A DNA stretch of 64,000 bases from Methanobacteriota archaeon. Lineage in GTDB: Archaea; Thermoplasmatota; E2; DHVEG-1. Where the stretch lies: assembly GCA_963769885.1 (NCBI GenBank), contig CAVYNH010000006.1:96001-160000 (forward strand), in the 5' to 3' direction. The notes beneath the pieces are model-generated. The model ran no database searches, was not told the DNA's origin, and saw only the letters and a list, made by a program, of their open reading frames with translations. A program made the position numbers and the translations under genes. Positions 29,676-37,912 of the stretch are shown piece by piece; positions within the stretch are counted from its first letter, which is position 1, and each line of letters starts with the position of its first letter.

Positions 29676-30692
29676 CTACGGGAAGGCGGTGACAATCGGG
29701 ATTGGACTCTTACAGATGGCACAGCGGCCATCGACAAGCCCGGTGATCCGGGCTAAAAACCCATGCCGCTCCACTAGAAGGGCATGGCAAGACGGACAGT
29801 AGGTGTTCTCGTAATCCCCGTGCGGGACGTTGCCCACGTAGACGTACTGCAGGCCTGCCTCGACGGCAAGGGACCGCGCCTGCAGCAGGGTTCCCGCGGG
29901 GGTGGGCGCCACCGCGGTCATCTTATGGTCCGGGTGGAACCGGGAGAAATGGACTGGGGTCTGCAGGGAGAGCCGGTCGGCGACCCACCGGCAAAACGCG
30001 CTGAGCTCCTCCCGGGCGTCGTTGTAGCCGGGGATGATGAGGTACGTGATCTCGAGGTGGACGCCGAGGCGGTGGGCGAGCTCGCAGGCTTCGAGGACCG
30101 GGGCGAGGCGGGCCTTGCAGACCCGGTGGTAGAAGGACTCGGTGAAGGCCTTGACGTCGACGTTCATCGCATCGAGGAGGGGGGCGAGCTCCTTGAGGGG
30201 CTCGGGGTTGATGAAGCCGTTGGTGACGGAGACGGTGGCGAGGCGGGCGGCTTTGGCGAGCCTGGCGCTGTCCCGGACGTACTCGTGCCAGATGGTGGGT
30301 TCGTTGTAGGTCCAGGCGATGCCCGCGCAGCCACTTTCCTGTGCGGCGGCGACTGCATCCTGCGGGGAGAGTTCTTGGAGAGGATAGGATTCAGGGGTGG
30401 CGGTGGCGATGTGGTAGTTCTGGCAGTGCAGGCAGCTCAGGGTGCAACCGACGGACCCGAGGGAGAGGACGGTGGAGCCGGGGAGGAAGTGGTAGAGTGG
30501 TTTTTTTTCGATGGGGTCTGCGGCGATGCCGGAGCAGAGGCCATAGATGAGGGAGACGAGGCTGCCGCCTTGGTTTTCCCGGACACCGCAGCGGCCGCGT
30601 TTGCCGGGAGGGATGCGGCAGTGGTGGGGGCAGAGTTGGCACTGAACCGAGTTGTGGTCTTGTGAGGTCCAGAAGGCTGCGGGGGTGCTCAT
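29676..30692 (-). CDS. amrS: AmmeMemoRadiSam system radical SAM enzyme
   Basis: CQLCPHHC...CGVREN, DPIEKKPLYHF, GCTLSCLHCQN, WTYNEPTIW, HFSRFHP, YVYVGNV. Confidence 0.92.
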   Translation of the reverse strand: MSTPAAFWTSQDHNSVQCQLCPHHCRIPPGKRGRCGVRENQGGSLVSLIYGLCSGIAADPIEKKPLYHFLPGSTVLSLGSVGCTLSCLHCQNYHIATATPESYPLQELSPQDAVAAAQESGCAGIAWTYNEPTIWHEYVRDSARLAKAARLATVSVTNGFINPEPLKELAPLLDAMNVDVKAFTESFYHRVCKARLAPVLEACELAHRLGVHLEITYLIIPGYNDAREELSAFCRWVADRLSLQTPVHFSRFHPDHKMTAVAPTPAGTLLQARSLAVEAGLQYVYVGNVPHGDYENTYCPSCHALLVERHGFLARITGLVDGRCAICKSPIPIVTAFP

Positions 30693-30719
30693 CCTAGTGG
30701 GTTCGATGGTGGTTGGGTT

Positions 30720-32021
30720 TTATTTACTTTGGCCTAGGACGAGGCCGGGGTTGTTGAGGAGGCGGCTGGGGTAACGGTCGTTGATCTGGGGGCGCATGCC
30801 TTTGTAGGCGGCGAGGTCTTTGTCGGTACGGAGCAGGTATTTGGCGTAGTAGAAGGCTTCTTCGACGCTAACTTTGCCGTCTTTGAAGAGGCGGGAGTGG
30901 GTGGGTCGGCCGAGGTTGAGGGGGCCGGGACGGTAGCCGTCGGCGGTTCCTTGGAGGCCTTGGAACCAGAGGAGGGTGAAGAGGGGTCCTTGGGTGGTGC
31001 TGGCGTAGCCGATGTCGAATTTGCTGGCGCCGGTGAGGATGATGCGTCCGTTTTCGGGGATGCCGGAGCGCATGAAGATGCTGGTGGGGAGGCTGGCGAC
31101 GGTGCGGTCGGCGAAGCCGCCGGCGTAGCAGGCGTCGACGATGATGGTGGTGCGGTGGCTGTTGAGGGGTTTGAGGAGTTGGCCGAGGTCTTTGTCGGTG
31201 AGGAGGCTATCCCAGAGGTAGAGGGCGCTGCTCTGCAGGATCTTGCCGCCGTTGCGTTGGTTGGCGTTGCCGTAGCCGTGGTTGAAGAACCAGAGGAAGA
31301 CTTCGCTGTCTTTGAATTGGTTGGATTCGTTGATGACTTGGGTGAGGGTCGCGACGACGTTGTCTTTGGTGGCGCCGCCGTAGGTGATGGCGTAGTCGTG
31401 GGGGCGTTCTTGGAGGGTCATAAGGCGTTGTCCGAGGCCGTTGTCGGTGCGGATCCAGCCGTCGTCGAAGAGGATGATGGTGTGGTTGGTGTCGTAGCCG
31501 AGGGTGTTGATGAAGTAGGCGGCCATCTGTTCGGAGAGGAGGAGGCCGCCGTTGCCGAGTTTGCTTTGGTTGTCGGCGGGGAAGTTGCCGGTGGCGATGA
31601 AGACGGCCCAGCGGTGGCTGCCGGTGGTCATGGCGCGTTCGTTGTCGACGGTGATGGTGATGGTCTGGGTCTTGGAGTAGGATTTGCCGTCGCTGGCGCG
31701 GACGCTGATGGTGACGGCGCCGTCTGGGCCTTGGTTGGTGTTCCAGTCGTAGCTCCAGAGGGTGGTGCCTTCGGCGGTGGCCCAGGCTTTGTCGCCTATC
31801 TTGACTTGGATGCTAGTAAGTTCGTTGTCGCCGTCTTTGTCGTGGGCGGTGCCGCTGATCATGACGAGGCGGCTGAGGGTGGTTTCGTCGGAGGGGTAGG
31901 TAAGGGTGACGGTGGGTGGGGTGTTGATGAGGTGGAGGTTGGTGGTGAGGACGCCGGAGTACATGGTGAGGATAACGACGACGGCGATGACTGCGACGGC
32001 GATGATCCAGGCGTGTTTCAT
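30720..32021 (-). CDS. Membrane-anchored Ig-like plus caspase/legumain-fold (clan CD) peptidase
   Basis: N-terminal TM, NTPPTVTLTYP Ig domain, FFNHG and IVDACYAGGF His-Cys dyad, DGKVSVEEAFYYA. Confidence 0.8.
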   Translation of the reverse strand: MKHAWIIAVAVIAVVVILTMYSGVLTTNLHLINTPPTVTLTYPSDETTLSRLVMISGTAHDKDGDNELTSIQVKIGDKAWATAEGTTLWSYDWNTNQGPDGAVTISVRASDGKSYSKTQTITITVDNERAMTTGSHRWAVFIATGNFPADNQSKLGNGGLLLSEQMAAYFINTLGYDTNHTIILFDDGWIRTDNGLGQRLMTLQERPHDYAITYGGATKDNVVATLTQVINESNQFKDSEVFLWFFNHGYGNANQRNGGKILQSSALYLWDSLLTDKDLGQLLKPLNSHRTTIIVDACYAGGFADRTVASLPTSIFMRSGIPENGRIILTGASKFDIGYASTTQGPLFTLLWFQGLQGTADGYRPGPLNLGRPTHSRLFKDGKVSVEEAFYYAKYLLRTDKDLAAYKGMRPQINDRYPSRLLNNPGLVLGQSK

Positions 32022-32097
32022 AAGGTGTCTTGGTATAGAAGTGAGAATTCAGGGTTTATAGGTTTTACTGTACAATCCTTATCTGTTCCAGGGCGGT

Positions 32098-33096
32098 TTA
32101 GGGCAGGGGGCCCCAGGGGTGACGGGTGAAGTGCTCGTAGCCTTCGTTGGGGAGTGGAGTGGTGGTTTTCCCTTTTTTCAGGAGTATTTTATTATTTTTG
32201 GTGACGGTGCCAATGCGGGTCAGCTGGCAGCCCTGGCGTTTTAGGAGGCGAAAGACCTGGAGGAATCGATCCTCTGGGAGGGTGATGAGAAGTTCGTAGT
32301 CGCCGCCGAAGTGCAGGAGAAGGCGTCTCGTGTCGATATCTGGATGTCGTTTGCTTAGGAGAAGGAGTTCCTTGGAGGCCGGAAGCAAGGATGCATCGAT
32401 GGTGAACCCGACGTGGTTCATCTCCTGGAGCTGGTACAGTGAGGAGGAGAGGCCGTCGGAGAGGTCCATGGAGGAGGTTACGGCGCGGCTGCGGGCGAGG
32501 AGTCGGCCTTCTCGGAGCCGAGGCCAGGGCTCGAACAAGGCTTTTGTCAGGGACGGCCGGGTGTCGCCGTGCTCCAGGGCTGTATATCCAGCGCCGGCTT
32601 TCCCGAGGGTGCCGGTGACGGCGACGACGTCTCCTGGGCGTGTGCCTTTCCGGGGCATGAACTCCGTTTTCTTGACGAGACCGAACGCGGTCCCACAGAG
32701 GGTGACGTCCGCGGCCTCCTTGGTGTCGCCGCCGACGATGCGGGTGCCGCAGCGGCGGGCGCAGGCCATCGCCCCGGTGGTCATCTCCTTCAGGAACGTA
32801 TCCGTGGTGTCGGCGGGTAGCCCGTAGGAGAGGACGAGGCCGAGCGGGGTGCCGCCTTTGGCGGCGATGTCGCTGAGGTTGACGGCAGCCAGCATCCAAC
32901 CAATTTGGTATGGGGTCATCTGCTTGGCGATGTGGGTCTGCCGGGCGATGAGGTCCGTCGTCACCAGGAGATATTTGGTTCCGAAGTCGATGGCGGCGCA
33001 ATCGTCGCCAAGAAGTTCTTTACTGCCGCCTTTCGCAAGGATTTGTTCGATGCGTCTGATCGCCTGTCGTTCCCCCAGGCTGGATAGTTTCCTCAC
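32098..33096 (-). CDS. thiL: Thiamine-monophosphate kinase
   Basis: LGERQAI, GDDCAAI, AVNLSDIAAKGG, VGGDT, MDLSDGL, GGDYELL, GYEHF. Start uncertain (33096 or 33126). Confidence 0.93.
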   Translation of the reverse strand: MRKLSSLGERQAIRRIEQILAKGGSKELLGDDCAAIDFGTKYLLVTTDLIARQTHIAKQMTPYQIGWMLAAVNLSDIAAKGGTPLGLVLSYGLPADTTDTFLKEMTTGAMACARRCGTRIVGGDTKEAADVTLCGTAFGLVKKTEFMPRKGTRPGDVVAVTGTLGKAGAGYTALEHGDTRPSLTKALFEPWPRLREGRLLARSRAVTSSMDLSDGLSSSLYQLQEMNHVGFTIDASLLPASKELLLLSKRHPDIDTRRLLLHFGGDYELLITLPEDRFLQVFRLLKRQGCQLTRIGTVTKNNKILLKKGKTTTPLPNEGYEHFTRHPWGPLP

Positions 33097-33191
33097 AGGT
33101 CCCTGATGTAGGTGTGCCTCCTTCAAAAAGTTTATGACAATCCGGGGGTTACAGCCTCCTAGGGAAGAGGTGAATCACTATTCCGAAGCGA

Positions 33192-34208
33192 ATGACGTAC
33201 GTCGGCGTCGGCGTTGACATTGACGAGAAAGAGAAGGCGATCGCCACCCTGCTCTCCAGCATCACGACTAGCCGGAAGGGGTTCGGTGAGCCCATGGGAG
33301 GGCACTATGCGGGGCTCATCGACTTCGGGGACTACGCGCTCGTCCTGTGCACGGATGGGGTCGGCACGAAGATCAGGATTGCGGAGGCGCTCAAGAAATA
33401 CGACACCATCGGCATTGACTGCATCGCGATGAACGTCAACGACGCCCTCTGCGTGGGCGCGGAGCCGCTCGCGTTCGTCGACTACCTCGCCATGCAGAAC
33501 CCAGACCCTGAGATCACCAGGGAGATCGGCAAGGGGTTGGATGCGGGCGCCGCCCTCTCCAATATCTCGATCATCGGCGGGGAGACCGCGGACTTGCCGG
33601 AGCTGATCAACGGCTTCGACCTCGCGGGCACTTGCCTCGCCTACGTCAAAAAAGACCGCATCATCCTGGGGAAGAACATCTCCCACGGCGACAAGATCAT
33701 CGGCCTGAGCAGCAGCGGGATCCACTCCAACGGCTACACCTTGGCCCGGAAGGTTGTGGAGAGCGCCGGGTTCAAGTACACGGACAAGTTCCCAAACAAC
33801 CTCTACTCCGGCAAGACCATCGGCGAGGTCATGCTGACACCGACCCGGATCTACGTCAAGGAGATCCTCGCCTTGCTGCAGACCGTGGACGTCCATGGCC
33901 TCGCGCACATCACGGGCAGCGGACTGTGGAACCTGCCGCGGCTCAAAGAAACGGTGCGGTACGTGATCGAAGACCCGATGCCGCCGCAGCCGATCTTCAC
34001 ATTCCTCCAGGAGCAGGGCAACATCGACAATCACGAGATGTACCAGACCTTCAACATGGGCATGGGCTTCGCCGTCATCGTCGGCGAGGAGGACGCGGAC
34101 CATGCGGTGTCCTTCCTCTCGAAGCATTCCGAGGCGAAGATCAAGAAAGTCGGCATCATCAAGAAAGGTAGCCACGTCGAGGTCCCCTCGCTCGGGTTAA
34201 CGTATTGA
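33192..34208 (+). CDS. purM: Phosphoribosylformylglycinamidine cyclo-ligase
   Basis: TDGVGTK, IAMNVND, GGETA, SSGIHSNGY, HITGSG, TFNMGMG. Confidence 0.97.
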   Translation: MTYVGVGVDIDEKEKAIATLLSSITTSRKGFGEPMGGHYAGLIDFGDYALVLCTDGVGTKIRIAEALKKYDTIGIDCIAMNVNDALCVGAEPLAFVDYLAMQNPDPEITREIGKGLDAGAALSNISIIGGETADLPELINGFDLAGTCLAYVKKDRIILGKNISHGDKIIGLSSSGIHSNGYTLARKVVESAGFKYTDKFPNNLYSGKTIGEVMLTPTRIYVKEILALLQTVDVHGLAHITGSGLWNLPRLKETVRYVIEDPMPPQPIFTFLQEQGNIDNHEMYQTFNMGMGFAVIVGEEDADHAVSFLSKHSEAKIKKVGIIKKGSHVEVPSLGLTY

Positions 34209-34215
34209 TTTCGGT

Positions 34216-35154
34216 ATGCACATCGGTCCTGTCAACGTTGATCCTCCGTTCGTGCTCGCGCCGCTTTCGGGCGTCAGCGAGACCGCGTTCCGGATGCTGT
34301 GCAAGGAGAACGGCGCCGGGCTCGTCTACATGCAGATGATCGACGCCGCGGTCATTAGCACCAAGACCCATGATGAGGTTGCTGCGTTCCTTAATATTCA
34401 GGAGACAGAGCATCCGATTACGGTGCAGTTAATCGGTGGGGACAAACCCACCTTAGTCAAGGCTGTGCAGGCCGTGGAGGAGTTCGCTGACGTCATTGAT
34501 TTGAATGTCGGTTGCATCGAGGAGGATTATATCGCAAAGTGCACAGGCTCGGCGCTCCTTGACAAACCTGAGTTGTTGAAGACGCTTCTGTCGGCGATGG
34601 TCTCAGCCACGAGCAAGCCGGTGACGGCGAAGATCCGAATCGGCCGGGACCCGCAGCATATCAACGGCGTTGCTGTCGCGCAGCTCGTCGAAGATTGCGG
34701 GGCACAGGCCATCTGCGTCCATGGCCGCACTGCAGATCAGCAGTATGCGGGGAAGGTCAACTGGACCATTATGAGGCAGATTCACGAGAAGCTGTCGATT
34801 CCGGTTATCGCGAACGGGGATATCACGAGCCTGCGGAAAGGCGAGCGGCTGATGAAGGATACGGGCTGTGAGCTGGCGATGATTGGTCGCGAGGCGATGC
34901 ACCGCCCCTGGGTCTTCAACCCCAAGCCCGTCGACATGAGGCAGCAGATTCTGCGGTACATCGACTTGTACGAGAAGTACAGCCTGCGTCGGTCCGCGGT
35001 GGAGTGCGCGGACCATGTGTTCTGGATGCTGCGTGATTATCCGACGACGCAGGAGAAGAAGAACGTGCACCTCATTGGGACGATCCCGCGGCTTAGAAGA
35101 TTCGTGCTCCGGTTAGAGCCGCCAGCATCCCCAGCAGAATCGGCTGGTGGATGA
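34216..35154 (+). CDS. tRNA-dihydrouridine synthase family protein
   Basis: LAPLSGVSETAFR, IDLNVGC, PVTAKIRIG, VHGRT, PVIANGDI, MIGR. Confidence 0.88.
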   Translation: MHIGPVNVDPPFVLAPLSGVSETAFRMLCKENGAGLVYMQMIDAAVISTKTHDEVAAFLNIQETEHPITVQLIGGDKPTLVKAVQAVEEFADVIDLNVGCIEEDYIAKCTGSALLDKPELLKTLLSAMVSATSKPVTAKIRIGRDPQHINGVAVAQLVEDCGAQAICVHGRTADQQYAGKVNWTIMRQIHEKLSIPVIANGDITSLRKGERLMKDTGCELAMIGREAMHRPWVFNPKPVDMRQQILRYIDLYEKYSLRRSAVECADHVFWMLRDYPTTQEKKNVHLIGTIPRLRRFVLRLEPPASPAESAGG

Positions 35155-35845
35155 AGTAGATTAGCAGCGAGTGCCGTCCGAGGAGACTCATCCCTTTCAC
35201 GACCTTTTTGTCTGAATAGTCTGGGAAGTTGAATTTCCGGGTGTATCCTTGGTAGAGGCTGAGTCCGAGGAAGATACCGATGAGGATGACGCCGAACCAG
35301 GGGAGGAGCGGGAAGTAATCCAGGGTCGCGAAGTTCTGTGGCGTGAACCCTGCCCAGAGGAGCCAGGGGAAATCCACGGTCACGGTCGTGAGAAGATAGA
35401 CGCCGGAGACGATGCAGATCGAGCCGAGAAGGAGCGCGGTCACTCGGAGCTCAATGAACGGGTACGCCAGGATGATGGAGACGCCAATGCAGTGCAGGAC
35501 GCCGAAGACGATGTACTCCTGCGGGAGATACAGCCAGGTGACGAGCGTGATGACCATGCCACCGGCGAAGATGAGGAGACCCCGTAGGATGAATTTTTTT
35601 CGCAGTTGCCACGGAGTGAGCTTCTCGTAGGCTCGATGATAGCTGATGGTGAGGGAGACGCCGACGAGCAGGAGGAACAGGGTGCCGATGGGATACAGGA
35701 AAATCTGTATCGGCAGTGACCACAGGTCGATGTGGTAGATGCCGTAGAACGTGAGGTCGAACATCAGATGGTAGACAATCATCATGATGATGGCGACGCC
35801 GCGCAGGACGTCGATCTCCCAGAACCGCTGCCGTGCCGTGCTCAC
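35093..35845 (-). CDS. DUF1624 / heparan-alpha-glucosaminide N-acetyltransferase-like membrane protein
   Basis: RFWEIDVLRGVAIIMMIVYH, FGVLHCIG, DYFPLLPW, GRHSLLIYFIHQP. Confidence 0.9.
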   Translation of the reverse strand: MSTARQRFWEIDVLRGVAIIMMIVYHLMFDLTFYGIYHIDLWSLPIQIFLYPIGTLFLLLVGVSLTISYHRAYEKLTPWQLRKKFILRGLLIFAGGMVITLVTWLYLPQEYIVFGVLHCIGVSIILAYPFIELRVTALLLGSICIVSGVYLLTTVTVDFPWLLWAGFTPQNFATLDYFPLLPWFGVILIGIFLGLSLYQGYTRKFNFPDYSDKKVVKGMSLLGRHSLLIYFIHQPILLGMLAALTGARIF

Positions 35846-35898
35846 GAGAATCAGTCAGGTGAGTAATTCGTCCGGGGTTTTAATGGGTTCGTCGAGAG

Positions 35899-36435
35899 TT
35901 ACCCGCCTGCGATGACGTCCAGAATAGATTCTGCGTTATAACCGTTAATGAGTGTGAGAATCCCGAAGGGCCCCTTGTAGCTCTTGATCGAGAGGTGGAG
36001 CCAGATAGATCCTAGCCCATACGGTGGCGCATCTGGATGGACCGTGACCGTCAAGTTCACAGAGTTCACATATGGGGTCATATCGGTGATGTAGCTAGTG
36101 AGTTCAGTGTGGTCGAAAGAGGCGTTAAGCCATTCGGACTTGTTCGCAACCTCTAATGTCACGGGGAATGGTTTTCCTGATAACACTATAAGAATCCATT
36201 TACCTAGGAAGCTTCCGCGCGAAACAATCGTGCTTATGTTCACGGGAATTATCCGGGTTTCACCAGGGGGAATCGGGTGTGAGGTAATGTTCCCACTCCA
36301 GCTAATAGACCCGACGAACTGCAATCTATAGGGATTAGAACCCTCCTTCGTCGTAGCAGATGCCATCGGGGTAAGCGCCGAAACAAGCACAAGGACAAAC
36401 GTAACCAGTGTCGCCAGAACCACGTTTTTTCGCAC
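35899..36435 (-). CDS. Exported hypothetical protein
   Basis: GTG start after GGGAG, signal peptide (RKNVVLATLVTFVLVLVSALTPMASA), beta-rich. Confidence 0.6.
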   Translation of the reverse strand: MRKNVVLATLVTFVLVLVSALTPMASATTKEGSNPYRLQFVGSISWSGNITSHPIPPGETRIIPVNISTIVSRGSFLGKWILIVLSGKPFPVTLEVANKSEWLNASFDHTELTSYITDMTPYVNSVNLTVTVHPDAPPYGLGSIWLHLSIKSYKGPFGILTLINGYNAESILDVIAGG

Positions 36436-36516
36436 ATTCTCCCTATAAAAGAATCCAAGGCAACGCATAAATGCTTTGCGGACAAGGTATAAAAGCCAGG
36501 GAGAAAAGAAAGAGAG

Positions 36517-36668
36517 TAGCGGGGAATGGATTTGAACCATTGATCTACGGGTTATGGGCCCGTCGGGATTTCCTGACTACCCTACCCTTCTAGGCAGGAC
36601 CAAAGAATCAGTCTCCGAATCCTACTCGCTATGGAGGGCAGCCGCGGTGTTCTCCTTTCTGGACCGCT
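36517..36668 (-). tRNA. tRNA-iMet (CAT), interrupted by 77 nt (36588-36664) in the acceptor stem
   Basis: Joined sequence AGCG|GGGTAGGGTAGTCAGGAAATCCCGACGGGCCCATAACCCGTAGATCAATGGTTCAAATCCATTCCCCGCTA gives a perfect 7-bp acceptor stem with A1:U72, three G:C pairs in the anticodon stem and a TTCAAAT T-loop. Confidence 0.85.
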
Positions 36669-36696
36669 ACTGACTCGATGGGGAATATCTTCATCG

Positions 36697-36704
36697 TACT
36701 TAAA
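36697..36704 (-). promoter_or_regulatory. TATA box for the tRNA-iMet precursor
   Basis: TTTAAGTA on the minus strand, ending 28 nt upstream of the AGCG 5' segment. Confidence 0.55.
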
Positions 36705-36778
36705 GCTAACACACATCCACATCAGAGGTGGGGAAACATTTAAACGAAACCAACGAATAAAACTCCCGTGAGGAGAAG

Positions 36779-36979
36779 ATGGAAAAGCCGATTACTCAGC
36801 GTCACCTCGTCCCCCGACAGTCCACCTCACCGTGCCTCTGCATCGGCTGCAACAAGATGATCCCGGCCAACGAAGTCTACTACGCCGAAGAAGGCGTAGG
36901 AGTCCACCTCCACAGCCTCGTCGCACGCCGATTCTGCTACCGCTGCTACAGCATGCACGGCGAAAAACTCATCGCCTAA
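36779..36979 (+). CDS. Small zinc-finger protein (66 aa)
   Basis: CIGC...CYRC, GAGGAG RBS, TTTAAA upstream. Confidence 0.7.
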   Translation: MEKPITQRHLVPRQSTSPCLCIGCNKMIPANEVYYAEEGVGVHLHSLVARRFCYRCYSMHGEKLIA

Positions 36980-37053
36980 AGACCCGGGGGCTGGCCAGGG
37001 AGAAAAGATTTTTCAGACGCCTGGTGATGTCTCCAGCACACCACCACATGACT

Positions 37054-37169
37054 GCAGGGGTACCCGAGCTTGGTCCAAGGGGCAGGGCTTAGGAGCAACC
37101 GCAACACCAACTGTGGGCGAAGAGACCCTGTTGCGTAGGCACTCGAGCGTTCAAATCGCTCCCCCTGCA
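37054..37169 (+). tRNA. tRNA-Leu (TAG) with a 31-nt intron at 37/38 (37094-37124)
   Basis: GCAGGGG/CCCCTGC acceptor with A73, CAGGG-CT TAG G^A-CCCTG anticodon arm, long variable arm, GAGCG TTCAAAT CGCTC T-arm. Confidence 0.9.
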
Positions 37170-37263
37170 CTCCAATCCTTTCTTTTCAAGGCGTAAAGAC
37201 CACACAAGAACCTTTAATAAACCATCACTCTCTTTCCTGCTGAAAAAGAGGGACGAAGCAGCC

Positions 37264-37818
37264 TTGAAAGTCATCATCTTCACCGGGATGCCCTTCGCCG
37301 GCAAATCCATCGCCGTCGACGTCGCCAAAGCCAAAGGCTACCCCGTCATCCGCATGGGCGACTTCGTCTGGGAAGAGACCCGCAGACAAGGCAAGCCCCT
37401 CACCGCCGAGGACGTCGGCGAGGTCGCCAACACCATGCGCGACACCCAGGGCAAAGACATCTGGGCCCGACGCGCCGCCGACGCCCTCAAACGATACAAA
37501 CGCCTCCCCCTCGTCATCATCGACGGCGCTCGCAACCCCGAGGAGATCGCCTACTTCAAGCAGGCCCTCGGCCCGGAATGCTACGTCGTCGCCATCGTCG
37601 CACCCGCCGAAGTCCGCTTCGAGCGCGCCCAAGAACGCGGACGCGTCGACGACAGCCCCATGCATGCGGACATCGAAGAGCGAGACCAGCGCGAGACCCG
37701 TTGGGGACTCCCCCAGGTCATCGCCGCTGCGAACTACACCATCAGCAACGACGGCAGCGTCGTCGCTTTCCAGACCCAAGTCGAAAAAATCCTCAAACTC
37801 CTCGCCTCCCGACGATAA
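37264..37818 (+). CDS. UPF0200-type P-loop nucleotide kinase (dephospho-CoA kinase-like)
   Basis: TGMPFAGKS Walker A, MGDFVWEE, IIDGAR, RGRVDD, ERDQRETRWG. Confidence 0.85.
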   Translation: MKVIIFTGMPFAGKSIAVDVAKAKGYPVIRMGDFVWEETRRQGKPLTAEDVGEVANTMRDTQGKDIWARRAADALKRYKRLPLVIIDGARNPEEIAYFKQALGPECYVVAIVAPAEVRFERAQERGRVDDSPMHADIEERDQRETRWGLPQVIAAANYTISNDGSVVAFQTQVEKILKLLASRR

Positions 37819-37912
37819 TCTCTGTCTTTTTTCTAATAAAGAACAGGAGTTTTCCCTAAGAAAATTTATTAACTAGGTTTTATTATTAATTCAGTTGAAA
37901 AGGTCGGAGGAA

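Noticed and set aside
35093-35154. 62-nt convergent overlap of the dus-like and DUF1624 genes
   Set aside because: The overlapping Dus tail is low-complexity. This is ordinary stop-codon drift in a compact genome.
36588-36664. iMet insert as an HDV-like/theta, hammerhead or group I ribozyme, or a box C/D guide
   Set aside because: No HDV nested pseudoknot order, no CUGANGA/GAAA core, too short for group I and lacking a 5' splice-site U. There is one CUGA but no convincing box C.
36517-37169. tRNAs as integration sites of a mobile element
   Set aside because: No integrase and no duplicated tRNA 3' end seen in the window.
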